A DNA stretch of 64,000 nt from Rhizophagus irregularis (lineage: Eukaryota): NCBI RefSeq assembly GCF_026210795.1, contig NC_089430.1:1240001-1304000 (forward strand). The letters are read 5' to 3'. Of the stretch, positions 50,528-64,000 are shown piece after piece; the first letter of the stretch is position 1, and every line of letters starts with the position of its first letter. The notes beneath the pieces were generated by a model, which saw only the letters and a program-made list of their open reading frames with translations, was not told where the DNA came from and did not search any database. The position numbers were made by a program, and so were the translations under genes.

Positions 50528-51132
50528 ATTTCCTTAATATATATAATGATGAAAACTATTTTCATATATTGAGATTAGAATGTATTCATAAATCATTTCA
50601 TAATAACAAGAGTTCATGTATAATATTTATATACACTATTTTATATAATTTTAATAGACCCAACATGGATTTTATGTAAATGTGTAAAATATGTATATGT
50701 AGATTTTTTTACTTAAAATTTAAACATATTTCATATAGTTTTAAATAAATATTATTTAATATTATAAATTAATAAATTGTAAATTCAGTTTAATATTTTA
50801 TAGTTAAACTGTTTTAAAATTAAGTTAATGGGTATAATGATTCTAAATTATAATAAATAATTTTGAAGTTTGAATTCATAAGTTTAAACAAAATACCTAA
50901 GTTAATATCAAAAATTTTTGCATGATTTTATTTTTTTATTTTATTTTCCAATTTTGTACTTATTTTGAACATTTTACATGTAATGCAAAAATTATAACCT
51001 AATGATGCTGTGCTACATAGAATTTAGGTTTGTTGTAGCATGTGATACAAATTTGTTGATCAAAAGGCGGTGGTACATGAAACTCCGTTCTGAAACCCTT
51101 CTTTCCAACAAAATTAAAAGAAATATTTTGTT

Positions 51133-53443
51133 ATGTCTGTTATACGAGAGGAACTAATTAATGTGGCAATTAGTAGAGCGATTGCATTAATAGATTATAA
51201 TATTCATAATGATATAGACAAACAACATGAATTTATACAACAAACGGTCCTTGCTGATAAATCTTTTACAAATGATGAAAAAAATGAAGCAATAAGAAGA
51301 ATAATTAAAATTGTTGATAAAAATAAAGTTCTTTTTAATAAAGGGACAAGAAGAATTTGTGAAAATTGTAACCAAGAATGTTTAGCCATATCATATTGTG
51401 AATATTGTGTTCGAAATTATTTAAAATTAAATTTTTTAAATTGGACATCTGGAAATAATGATATTGATAATTTAATACAAAAATGTCAAATGGAAACAAT
51501 TGAACCAGAAAAAATAATTGAATGGATTCCATATGATAATTTGCAAAATATTAAATATCTAACAAAAGGTGGATTCTCGGAAATTTACACAGCAGTTTGG
51601 AATGGTGGAAGATATGATGAATTGGATACTATGAAGCAGCAATTAACAAGATTGGGAAATCAAAGAGTAATACTTAAAAGATTAGAAAATGTTGAAAGTG
51701 CAGATCAAAGTTGGTTTGAAGAGGTTTGTAACCTAATGAATCAGTAATTGATAATTATCTTATTAGTGATAAATTAATTAATAATTCTTTTTTTTTTTAT
51801 AGGCAAAATCACATTTAACTATAAGCAATAAACATCCAAATATTGTCCGATGTTATGGCTTAACACAAGATCCATCAAATGAAAATTACATGCTTGTAAT
51901 AGATATAATGGATTTAAATTTAAGAGAATATTTACAGAAAAACTATAATCAACTTACATGGAAAAGAAAAATTCAATTCGCTTATTACATAACTACTGCA
52001 CTCAATGAAGTTCATGATGAAAATGCAATCCATAGAGATTTACATTCTGGTAATATATTATTCAAAGAAATTAATCAAAGATTCTTTATTAGTGATCTTG
52101 GATTTTGTGGTCCTGCAGACAAATCATCAAAAAGTATATATGGAAATCTTCCTTATATAGCACCTGAGGTTATTGCTGGAAAAGAATATACTTTTAAATC
52201 TGATATTTACAGTATTGCAATGCTTATGTGGGAAATTTCATCTGGAAAACCACCTTTTAATAATTATGAGCATGATTATTATCTTGCAATGAATATAATT
52301 AATGGTATAAGACCAAGAATAGTATCAGGAACTCCTTTAGAATACAAAAATTTAATGAAACAATGTTGGGAGGCTGATCCATTGAAAAGACCTGACATTG
52401 AAACACTTCGGAAAAAAATAAAAGAAATTTATAAAAAATATCTGAATATGCCAAATGAATTAGAAGAAAATAACAATTTAAAAATAAATGAAACAGATAG
52501 CTTAGAAGAATCAAAAGAAACAAGCAGCATATTATTTACAAGTAGCAAACTTCATAATTTTGAAAATTTTCCTGAACCAAGGAATGCAACAGAAGGTATG
52601 TTATCACATATTAGATACTAATTCAATTACTAATAATTAATATAATATATTTTATTTTTTATTTTTATTTAAAAAACAACAGAAGAACAAGAAGGTATAA
52701 ATTGAACCATTTTTTATACCAAATTTATTTACAGGTTGTTAACTATTTTTATAAATTTTTAGCATTTCATAGCAAATCTTATGATGAATTTTATATCCCT
52801 AATAGCAGTAAGTATTTATTAAATTTGAATTTACAATAAATTTTTTATAGTAGAGCTTTTTAATTAATTTTATTTTTGATTTTTTAGTTAATGATTTTGC
52901 CAAATCAAGTAGTAGTAAGAATAACAGTATGTCAAAAAAAATAAGCAGTATTTTTAAAGGTAATTATTAAATTTATTTTATAAATTACATATTAGCGAAA
53001 GAATATTAATTATATATTCAAAAATTTATTGTAGTTAATAGTAAAAAATTTTCCAAAATGTTTAAAAAATTGCAAATAAAAAATGGTGAGTAAAATATTT
53101 AATATAACATACTAATCATGTTTTATTAAGTACGATTTATTTAATTATTTATTTAGATTCTCGAGAAGATTATAATAATAAAGAAACAATGAAGCATCAT
53201 TCTTGTATTGATGGTATGGTAAAATTTGCTTTTATATAAATAACATAACAGATAATAATGATTTATGTTCTTATTTTATAGATGAAGATGAAGTACATAA
53301 TAATCCAAATCTTCATTCAGAAGAACAAGATGAATTAGAAATTCCTGATGGTAAAGAAAAATTTTCTAAATGATGATATTTTAGATATTATTTATTCTTT
53401 AAATCTAATTTGTTGATTTTTTTTTAATTTTTTAGATATTTAG
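51133..53443 (+). CDS. Tyrosine-kinase-like protein kinase with N-terminal Cys-rich region, apparently intact
   Basis: Exon 51133-51723, intron 51724-51802, exon 51803-52595, then short 3' exons ending ..EIPDDI* (TAG 53441-53443). Motifs KGGFSEIY, VILK, HRDLHSGN, DLG, APE and DIYS. Confidence 0.9.
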
Positions 53444-55142
53444 ATACGAATTATATAAAATATTTTATGATTGATATTAAAAGTATTCTTTACTACTCTA
53501 GTCTTAGTGTTTAAAATAATTCAAAAAAATAAAAAAATATAAAGTTATCTTACAAAAGCTTCTTAGTTTGTAATTTTAAATAATTCATTTCATATTTATG
53601 TTATAAATTATTCAATTATTATATAAATTATCAAGTTTTGTTTTATAATTAACTATTAATTATGTAATCAAATTAAGATTTAAGTGGATTTATGTTTATA
53701 AAACCAAAGTAATGAGAATGAAGCGTATAAACCCACGTCTTAAATACAGTCATCACATTATCGGCATAATTAATTATTTACTATAAACTACATCATCAAA
53801 AATTCACAGATGTAGTATAAACTATAAGTGGTTAGAATAAATATTTTAGACGTACTATATAATCATTAATCTTTTCGATACAACTTTTTATATTTAGTAC
53901 ATCTTTTTAATGGACGATCATATCAGGATAAAGTTTGAAAGCGTTCTCAAAAAATTACCTCCAAGAGTATAAGAGAACAAGATTATCAGTTTTACCAACA
54001 ATTAAGCAACTATATTAAATTATTTTCAATAAAATAATATTATCATAAAAATATTAAATATTCTAATTTTATTAATTTTATTTAACTTTTTACAATTTAA
54101 TGCAATAATTGTAAAAAAGAAGTATATTTATTTTTATAAAAAAAATTTAATTAAATCATATGAGTCATGTGCTAAATTATTTAAACTACCTAATAAATTC
54201 TATACAATCTATATTTAACGGAATATTACTGATAATACGAGGTTTTAAACAAAAATATTTGAATTAATATGGTTAAAAACCCATCTTTTTTTCTTCACCT
54301 TTTATAAGATAAAGTGTGTTGTATGAGGAACCTCTTTAACAAGTATTTAAGTGATAAAGGAGGTTCTTATAATACCAAGCACAGATTACGATTTCCAGCA
54401 AGGTTAATACTTAATATTGTAATCAACAAACCAACTTTAATAAGCAATTTAACATAATGAACGTAACTATTTATATAACAAGTTAAACCATTATTATTTG
54501 GTTACAAATCATCCAACTTACCAAGAAAGAATACCTGTGACGTCATAGTGAATAATAATTCCAATAACCACCTAAAGAAAAAAACTAACTTAAACAATCG
54601 TTATTGACAATAGGATAAACTTTAACTACCGAATTTTGTTTTTATTAAAGATAACATTTCATAATTAATGTACTAAAAAATCTTTTTACATTTTTTATTG
54701 TCAACTACAATTTTAAATTTCTTTAAATCATCGCAACATAAAGATACTAATTACAACAAAGTTATTAAGTATTCTCTGCAGGATCGTCAAAGTATTACCA
54801 CCCATTTACGTTAAATAAAAGTGACGATTAAAAAAAATACGTGTATCACGTTAAGGCTAATCTAAAATGATGAACAATTTTATTACAGTTGCGTACCTTA
54901 CTCGACGTTCTATAGTAAATCCTAATACTATCAAGACACTTAGGAAATAATCATTAAATAGAAAAACTTTTAACCCCTAAAACCCTGAAAAAACTTGCCT
55001 TCCTCCCTCCTCAATTTTAAGGCATATTTTTAATGTGATTAAGCGTCAAATTTAACCATGGGTCAATGAATTTTTTTTTAAAAATAGAAAAATTTAGTAT
55101 TATAATGTAATACTAAGTAAATTAAAGAAGTTTTTTGTTATT

Positions 55143-55418
55143 GTCCGGAGCGAAGCGAAGGACTATATATGTTTACGCACTATGATGATCTATGGAAATA
55201 ACGTGTAAATTTTCAATCACGTGAGTTTCTCTGTCCAGGAATTCCAAGGCGTTATGCTGCTAATCAGCAGAAAATTACCGGAATTCCAAGGCGTTATGCT
55301 GCTAATCAGCAGAAAATTACCGGAATTCCAAGGCGTTATGCTGCTAATTAGTAGAATATCGCTACATCTTTTATTATTATACCTCGCTCCGGACTTACAA
55401 CGGTTCCCGTTTCCTAGT
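55143..55418 (+). mobile_element. Helentron/HINE-like non-autonomous rolling-circle element
   Basis: Subterminal inverted repeats GTCCGGAGCGA (55143) / TCGCTCCGGAC (55384), a 3' stem-loop AACGG-TTC-CCGTT, a CTAGT end, a T-rich 5' flank and an internal 42 bp tandem repeat (~2.7 copies). Confidence 0.65.
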
Positions 55419-58117
55419 AATAATATATATTAATTGACGATAAGATCGGCACTATATATAAACGTATTAATAAAATTTGGGGTAAATTTATTATGAATTT
55501 TTATCATTTTGGAATCTGAGCTGCGTATAAAGGTAAGTCATAAATATTAAAATACAATTATTGGTTTATTTTACTGCATAAGTACATATAACAATTAAGT
55601 ATTTTTTGACCAATTTTCAAAGATTTTCTTAAAATATAAAAGGTCCTATAAGCTCAAAAAATCAATTCTTCGAATTTATAATTATTTCTGTGCACAGTAG
55701 ATTCAGACTATTGGTAATTTTATTAAGTACCTTATCCCCAAAATCAATTATGCCGATCTTATCCGGATTGCCAATTAATGATTTGACGTTTGAGTATAGA
55801 ATGAATTCGGATTAATTTAAGGAATTGTGAAAAAATAATTACCAATAAAAATTGATTGATTTTTTAGAAAGTATTTTCGAAAAAAATTTTAATATTATGA
55901 AAATACTACAATAATTAAATGTATTAGAATCTATTCATTTCATTTTATTATTATTCTTTTGATACTCATTTTACTCGATAAATTATTAATTTAATTTAAA
56001 AACCATTTTGAATTAAAATCTTTATTCAAAAATCTTGAAAAAAAAAATTTTTTTTAAAAAAAATAACAATACGGTCTAAAAAAATAGATCGAAAAAAAAT
56101 AATATAAAAAAAAATCAGTCTTAAAAGACCGAAACAAATAGGGTTATTTAAAGCAATTTTTCAGTTTGGGTAAAAAAAAATTAAATCTAAACGGGAAATG
56201 AATGAGAAAAAGCAAATTTTTCGGTTTGAAAAAAAAAACTAAACCGAAAGAAGAAAAGGGAGAAAAAATTTTTTTCGGAAAAAAAGCCAAAAATATTTGA
56301 AAAAAAAATCGGACAAAAAAAAATTAAAAAAAAAAATTCCGATTAATGTAAAATTTTATTACTGTAACGAATATTTGGCATGTCACGATTGTCACGGGTT
56401 TTAATCTACTAAAAAAAGAATTTCATCTTAATCTTTTTTTTACATTAAAAATTAATTTGTCAATGAGTTAATTAAATACTTCATAACTTCATATATAGGT
56501 TGCGATTTGTATCAACAGACGCAAATAGCGGCTTCATTATATTTGTTATTGGTTATTTCTCCCACTTATAAGCATTTCTTACTGGCCATAAGATTTATAC
56601 CATCGAGATTTTGTCAAATAAATTTGCTTAATCATATTTATTCTTTCTAATGTGTTATAAATATAATGCATAGAGAAATTTGTGGCGCTGTTAATTTAAT
56701 ATACTGATATTTTTACTATTGATTAGTACTAAATTTCATATAAACTAAACTGAATAATTTATCATGCATAAAACCATATAGGTAAAATCCCAAAAATATT
56801 TTTTTATTAATAGCTTTAAGCAAGGCTTTTAATAAGCAAATTAATCTTCTAATCTAATTAAATTTATTTTTTCAGTTAAAGTATAAATAAAAAAATATTA
56901 TAAAATATGTAAGTCGTTGGTCATCCTATCACATATGAAATAAATATTGTCAGAAAAAATTTTTTGATCAAAACCTTTTAATATACAGTACTAAAGAAGA
57001 ATGCACCACGCCACCACCTTAGTTTTTTTTCAATATCGAATATGTTATTTATTGATAAATATATAATATTACATATAAATATTATTTTATATAATAAAAA
57101 AATTATAAAAAAATTAGCTAAAAAAATTTTTTATGCATAATTTATTTAAATTGTCTTTTTTTTTTAAAAAAAAAAAAGGAAATTTACGTCCATTTCATCT
57201 ATCAGTCAGATCATTCGATAATTTTTTCAAATTTTTTTTTTATTTTATAAAATAATTTTATTTCATAAAATAATTTTTTTTAAAAAAAAAGTTTGTGATT
57301 AATAAAAAATATATCCAAGAAATTTTTATATGCGATTATCAAAAATTATTTTTTCAGTTTTATAAAAAGCCATTTTTCCACTTCTTAAAATCGATCAGTC
57401 AGATAATTAGACCAATCAATAATTTTATTTAAATATAGCTATATAAATGTAATAAATGTAAAAACCAATTAAAGTTTTTTCCAGTTTGATAAGAACCGAA
57501 AAAAAAGGTATTTGAAAAAAAATAATTTATAAGAATAGAAAAAAGAAGCCCATTATGCTTTAACTGGATAGATTCGGCGATATGATCTGTTGTAGCTGAT
57601 CACATTAAGACAATTAAACTTTTTTATTAAACTTTATTAACCGGAAATCAGGATGTACGCAGGATCCAAATTTACTAACTATAATAAATACCAGGTGCAG
57701 AGTGCAGACATGTTTTCTTTTAAAATGGTTAATTTGGACAACTTTGTCTTGTTTATAATAAAAATATAAAATATTTTAGACGCACAAAAAAAATTTTCCT
57801 ATCATATATTAAATCATTGATAATGCAATATTCAATATTCAAACAATATTCTTAAAATAAAAAAAGATTTTAAATCACATGTTAAAAGAAAAATTAGGAA
57901 AGACATTTCTTTTTTTAGTTAAAAAAAAAAATTTATTGTATGATGATCTCTGCTACGTTCGAAGTTAAATTTAACACAGTGTAATACCTTAACCTTGAAA
58001 CAAAATCAAAATTTCTTTATTTGGGTCTGAAAATTAGTACTATTTTTTTTCAAAATTAAATCAATTTTGAATTTATTAAAGTTTCTTTAAATATAAAAAA
58101 AATAATTATTATTAATC

Positions 58118-58393
58118 TACATTTTAGTTTTATTGGCCAAAATTAACCATAATTTTCAGTGAATTTTTTTTTACCAGAATTAATGATAATTTTTAGTTAC
58201 TTTTTTGGGTTGAAAATCTAATTTAGAAGATGGTAATACAAAATTACATTTTTAGTTTTGTTGGCCAAAATTAACCATAATTTTTAGTGAATTTTTTTTA
58301 CCAGAAAAAATGATAATTTTTAATTACTTTTTTGGGTTAAAAACTAATTTGGAAAGCAGTAATACAAAATTACATTTTTAGTTTTATTGGCCA
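58118..58393. repeat. Tandem repeat, ~126 bp unit, ~2.2 copies
   Basis: TACATTTT(T)AGTTTT(A/G)TTGGCCA recurs near 58118, 58244 and 58371. Confidence 0.8.
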
Positions 58394-58542
58394 GTTATAT
58401 TACTTAAAATATTATATTAAACCTAATTTATAATTATTATAAATAAATAATTAATAATATAGTATAAGTAAATATTTATAAATTAAATCTTTTATAAATT
58501 AAAATTTAATAGTAAATCTTATTTCTAAAGATTAAAAAAAAA

Positions 58543-58975
58543 TGGGTATTGCTAAATATTACCAGTGGTAATCGTCACCACACCACTTAATTCTGGCCGA
58601 AAATTATAATTTTGGCCAGAGTTAAAAAACACATCATAAATTTTTTTTCAAAAATTTCAATTTAAATAATAAATGTGTAAAACAAACCTGAGTAGATACT
58701 AATCACACTAAGATTTTGAAAATTTGACTAAAAAAAATCTTTTTTAAAACAAAAAATTGTATTTTGCTTATAAAATCAAACTTTGCTATTTTGTTCAAAA
58801 ACTATCTAAACAACAGCCTTTATAATCTAAGGCAAACTTGTTCTACCTATAAATTTACATATAATAATGATATTTATATTATAATTAGAATAATATCTTA
58901 GTCAAAAATTTTTGAAAATTCAAAAAATATTTTACATGTAATGATGATCACCACTGGTGATATTTAGCAATACCC
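58543..58975. mobile_element. Mutator-like MITE (433 bp) with 9 bp TSD
   Basis: TIR GGGTATTGCTAAATATTACCAGTGGTAATCGTCA / TGATGATCACCACTGGTGATATTTAGCAATACCC, with AAAAAAAAT at 58534-58542 and 58976-58984. Confidence 0.85.
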
Positions 58976-61900
58976 AAAAAAAATAATTTAAATAATAAAA
59001 TACTTATATAAAAATTTTTCATTATTAACAAATAATTTAAATATAACTTTAAATAACTTTAAATAATTATTTTTTCTTTATAATATTACTTTTACTTAAA
59101 ATATTTCAGTCAAATCAATTTTATTTAATTTTAATATAATAATAATAAAAAAAGTATATAATTTTTAAATTAATTTAATAAATTATTGTATTTGAAAAGT
59201 ATTTTTATATATATTTATTTAATAATTTTATTTATTAAAAATTAATTTTATTTATTAAAAATTAATTTTATTTATTAAAAATTAATTTTATTTATTTAAA
59301 TTCTAATATATATATAAAATTAAAAATTATTATTTTAATAATTTTTTATTTGAAGATTTAAAATTATTAGAATTTCAAAAAGTTTAAAATAGTATTATTA
59401 AAATTATTTAAATTTAAATTTATAATATTTAAATATTAATTAAGTAATATTAATAAAAGTTTTATATATTTTATTTATTATTTAAAAATTTAAAATTTAT
59501 TATTTATTAATATTTTGATTATATATATATACTATGTAAAATATTATCTGAATAATTAAGAAATAGTATTTATAATAATATTTTAATAATTTGTAAAAAT
59601 AAGTAATACAAAGTATAATCTTTTAGCTATTAAAATACAAATAATAGACAAAGTAAAGAAATATATAATTATTTTATAAATGAGGCAAGAATAGTACAAA
59701 AGATTTGATTATTAGTAATAAAAGTGAAAGACTGTTCTATATATTTAGCCTAAAATATAGGTACTTGTTGGTTTTTATATAAAAAAAAAATAATAAAATA
59801 CAACTTTTTGTTTTTTTTTAGATAAATATATTTTAATGTATTAACTGTTAAATATTAAAAAAAATATTATAATGTTAATTTTGGTTTAAAATATAATTGA
59901 TTAATAAATCATATAAAAGTGAAAAAAAGCATTTAGTTAATAAAATCTATAACAATTATACTATAAATTGTATATAACATTTGTGTAATTATTTCCATTT
60001 TATTAAGTATTCTGAAGACAGAATTTTTTTTAATAAATAAAATCCTATTTATCATACATTATATATTTAATTTTTTTAATGCTGAGAAGAGTATCTATTG
60101 CTGGTAGTAAATCATAATGTGCCAACATGACAATTTATTGCATTGATATAGAGATATAGAGTTAATAAAATTTCCTTTTGGAAATCACGACCTGAATTAT
60201 GTATTAGATAAAAAATATAAAAAAAAAGTCTCCAAGCCATTCAAAATCATCCTATCATCCTTTGCCTCCTACTACTATCACCATTACTACTATTTGTATA
60301 CTACAAAAGAATAATGATCACGCCATATGCCATACAACAACAGAACCCTTATTGAAAATATAAATCCTAACAATGAAGTGATAGTAGATTTACTCTTAAA
60401 TTGTCGCCAGATTATTGAATAAGAAAGAATGGTAAAGATACCGTACATGGAGATTTGAACAAAAAAAATAATAATAATAATAATCCAATAAAATTAAGTA
60501 GAAATTGAGAATATTTATTTTATAATAAATACAATTACAATAAATTCTAATTTACTGTCATCATTAATACCATACCGCTACCAATGTCACCGCCATCACC
60601 ATCAACAACTCCACTATCACTATTACCAAACTTATCATAACTACTAGCGCAACCGATACATCAGAAGGTAAGCTACGTGTACAGTAAGTAGTTTACACAA
60701 AAAAGGTAATCTAGGTAATCCGAAAAAAAAAATTAAAAAAGTTAGCTTAAACGAAAATAAATTCATGTAATATACACTACACACACAAAGGAAAAGGATG
60801 TCAACCTTGCTCTCGTCAAAAAAAGAATAAATTATGCAAAAAAATCGGGTAAATTTTTTGAACCATCTTATAATGATTTTAATTATTAATCACTCAAGAT
60901 GCAAGACGAAATCTAAAAATAAGAAATTAAGATTAGAAATGGAATGGAAGAAAAATAAATGAAAATACAACCAATTTTTACCTTGCAAACGCAGGATAAA
61001 ATTTTGGGAATTATACTGAATAATAACTGTTAATACTTTTACAACCGATTTAAAAATATCAAGTATTCTACGAGATAAATGAATAACTAATAAGTTAATT
61101 TACTTTCTACAAAATAAAATATTCATCACAAAGTCATACAAAATTTACCTAAGTAAAACTTCCAAATGAGAGAAAAAAATAATCTTCAAATTACTAGAAA
61201 TACTCCAACCAATCTAACGCTAAATAAAAAAAAGAAGAATCATACAAGTGTAGTTTGAAAATAATATTAAAGTCAAAGAATTTAATTTTGATTTTTTGCA
61301 TTTTACATGAAAACTGATGGAGTAACTACCATTATAAGTTTTTTTCCTCATAATCTGCATATATTTCTGTCATTAAAACATATATTCATCCCCATTTTTA
61401 CGAAGAACTTATAGACAAAAAATTTGTTGCGAAATTATTGTTAATCTAATCTTTTAAAAAAATCTAATCAGTACAAGATTGCCAGATAACACAATTCTCA
61501 ATTATCAATTGACGTTTTAAATGATTTTCGTGCTACGATTATAGAGTAGACCCGAAGTGAATTATGTTTTATATGAAAATTTATCGATTTTATGCTAGAC
61601 CAAACATTTATTCTTATCGTGAATTTATACCAATAATGGTCATTATAGAGCACAATTAGCAGGTGGGATTATCCATTTCGGTTCCTTTGCAGCCTTTAAA
61701 CAATCTTTCGTCGTACAATTTGTGATGTCGTACACATTTTGCTGTATATTCAGTTACATTCTACGATAACTTTTACATGTAATTTCTTTACTACAGAATA
61801 ACTATCGAAATATCATTAAAAATTTTTCATTTAATTTTAAAATTTTGGAAGTGTTAATGTTGACTTATTATTAATAATAAAACACAAGAAATTGGCATAC

Positions 61901-62298
61901 ATTTACTCTTATTCTGGTGAGGGAAGGTTAGAATTAAGTTAGTTTCTTCCGGACCTAGAACACTCATAAGACATATTCGTTTATACATTTTTCTAGTGAC
62001 AAGATCTATAGCTTATTGGAACGAGTTTGTGGTATATTCGTTCTATTTTCACTTTATTTATTTTATTTGTTTTAAGTACAACATTAACGTTGTTTTCGTT
62101 TATTCTCTTTTTAGGAAACTTCCCAGAATGGGTTTGAGGTAATATATTACGGTCAACTTTATTTTTGAAGTAATTTATTGTTTCACTTTGTTAAACCCAA
62201 CAAATAAACTTACTCTTCTTATTTTCTTTTTTTCTTGATTCAGGATGTTCAATATTTTACCTCATTTTGGGTAGGATATTTGATTTTTATCTAATATA

Positions 62299-62399
62299 CA
62301 AGTTAGAATTCGACATAATGAACCCTTCGATTAAATAAAAAACAATCTTCAAATCAAGGTAAACATGAAATTCATAGTCGTTATATCGAGTTCTGATTG
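62299..62399. mobile_element. Degenerate TA-flanked pogo-type mini-MITE
   Basis: TA|CAAGTTAGAATTCGACATAATGA against TCGTTATATCGAGTTCTGATTG|TA. A similar right end occurs at ~30820-30841. Confidence 0.5.
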
Positions 62400-64000
62400 T
62401 AATCTTTAATACAATCATTTTTTAACGATCGAATGTTAATTTTTAATAGGTTTGTTATGTAATTTATAAGTTAACTTTAAAAAAGACTGAACTTTGGCAC
62501 TAAGGATTATGGCCCTACGGTCAAAATCCTGAAGGGAGCCTTATGTCGAAAGCCGTTGGTGCCCAGCAGAGAAAAGTATTGCTTCGAAGTTTTCGATAAA
62601 TGTCTCTAATTTGAATTGAATGATCCTCAAAATATTCACTTAAGAGTAAGTTTTAATTCATTAGCAAACCAATACAAATTCGATAAAATAAATTTATTGA
62701 TCAAATTACGTACTTTTTTATTAATAGAGTAACAGGAAAGATTATAAGTCATTAATAGATCTCTATTCGTTACTTCATCGTTAAAATAAATTCGTTGATC
62801 AAATTATTTTTTTATTAATAGAGTAACAGAAAGATTGTAAACCATTAATAGAAAAATAATTCAAGGAATCAAATAAAAATAATAATAAAAAAAAAGGAAA
62901 TAATTTTGATACCAAAAATTAAAGTAATACCTAACAATAATAATAACAATAATAATATTCATCTTAAAATGTGTGCATTTAAAATAAAGGGAGTACTAGA
63001 TCGGCATAGCCGAGTCATTTGGTCAACGTTATTTAACTTGTTTCTGGTGTGTAGGGAATCACATTTGTGCATTTTATCAGCATCTCAGCATAGGATTTCC
63101 ACCGATGTGCGTTCGGAAGATGTTCTTAACAAGAAATGACGATGATTTCGATTTAGAATATACAGTAGATATCAAAATTTTATAACATATTTTCAGAGCG
63201 TAATTTACCGAATTTAATTTCTAAGAACTAAAAATTAATTCGCCATTTTTTATGCAGTCGTAGTAGCCGCAGCTTCAACGTGATAAATGATTGTCGTGAT
63301 TATATTTTGTATCACCCTGCAAATTATTTATTTTCATATTAATCTCCGTTCCAACTCTTACATAAGCTCTATCAATCTCCGAAGAGAAGAGTTATCTTAG
63401 CGTCATTTAAATAACCTTTTTTTAAAAAAAAGGCTATTTGTTTTTAAAGGTTATTTGTTTTCTTAAAAAGTATTTGTTTTTTTTAAAAAAAAATAAAAAA
63501 ATTTGTTTTTAAAAAAAATTTTTTTTTTTTACATAGCACAAGAAAAAAGGAAAATTAATAATCATTTTGTAAATATTTATTTATTTAATATTTTCTCTTA
63601 CCATTTCCCTTTATAGTTAATAAGGTATAACAATGAACACTAATTGATAATCATAAAACGCATTATCTATATTATCTATATTGTCATATGCAAAAAGAGT
63701 TTGGTGCATGAACTTCCAAGATGACGCTCCTTTTTTTTTTTTTTTTTTTTTAAAAAAAAAATAAGTTTCCCACGCAAAAATAAAGAACGTCAATGTTTTA
63801 ATGTCTCAAATAATCTGTAATAACTGGTTGGATATATTACGAAAATGCAGGGGTAACTCACAATATACAAGTATCCGGATATCGGCATTTTTATAATTAG
63901 AGTTTTTATACTTTATAAAAAAAAAAATGATTGATGATGAGCAGAGAAATATATAAATTATTAAAATTAAATAATCCTTGAAACTTCCAAATTTGCTTTA

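Noticed and set aside
55221..55433. 70 aa ORF with repeated EFQGVMLLISRKLP
   Set aside because: Translation of the 42 bp minisatellite in the HINE-like element, with a non-ATG start.
60328..60460. Short coding-like stretch MPYNNRTLIEN..
   Set aside because: Interrupted by stops and too short to support.

Overview
Very AT-rich, intron-rich eukaryotic DNA. The gene families (expanded HRDLHxGN tyrosine-kinase-like kinases, short AT-rich GT-AG introns) point to an arbuscular mycorrhizal fungus (Glomeromycotina, Rhizophagus-like); this assignment is an inference. Much of the window is transposon-derived. It holds an intact Tc1-like element (3084-4405, DD35E spacing) and a 12.9 kb CACTA/EnSpm-like element (10015-22923, CACA.. 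TIRs, ATA target duplication). The CACTA-like element encodes a ~1050 aa transposase, an 8-exon Ser/Arg-repeat protein and an unknown cargo gene, and carries about ten copies of a 26 bp palindrome. Other mobile DNA includes a foldback element with a truncated second copy, several MITEs, a Helentron/HINE-like element and a 5'-truncated retroelement with poly-A tail and 14 bp TSD. Host-type loci are an intact kinase, a decaying kinase, a frameshifted bromodomain + PD-(D/E)XK nuclease-like fusion, and a large multi-exon GB1/RHD3-type GTPase + Cys/His-rich + vWA gene. All gene models were spliced by eye and no database searches were run.
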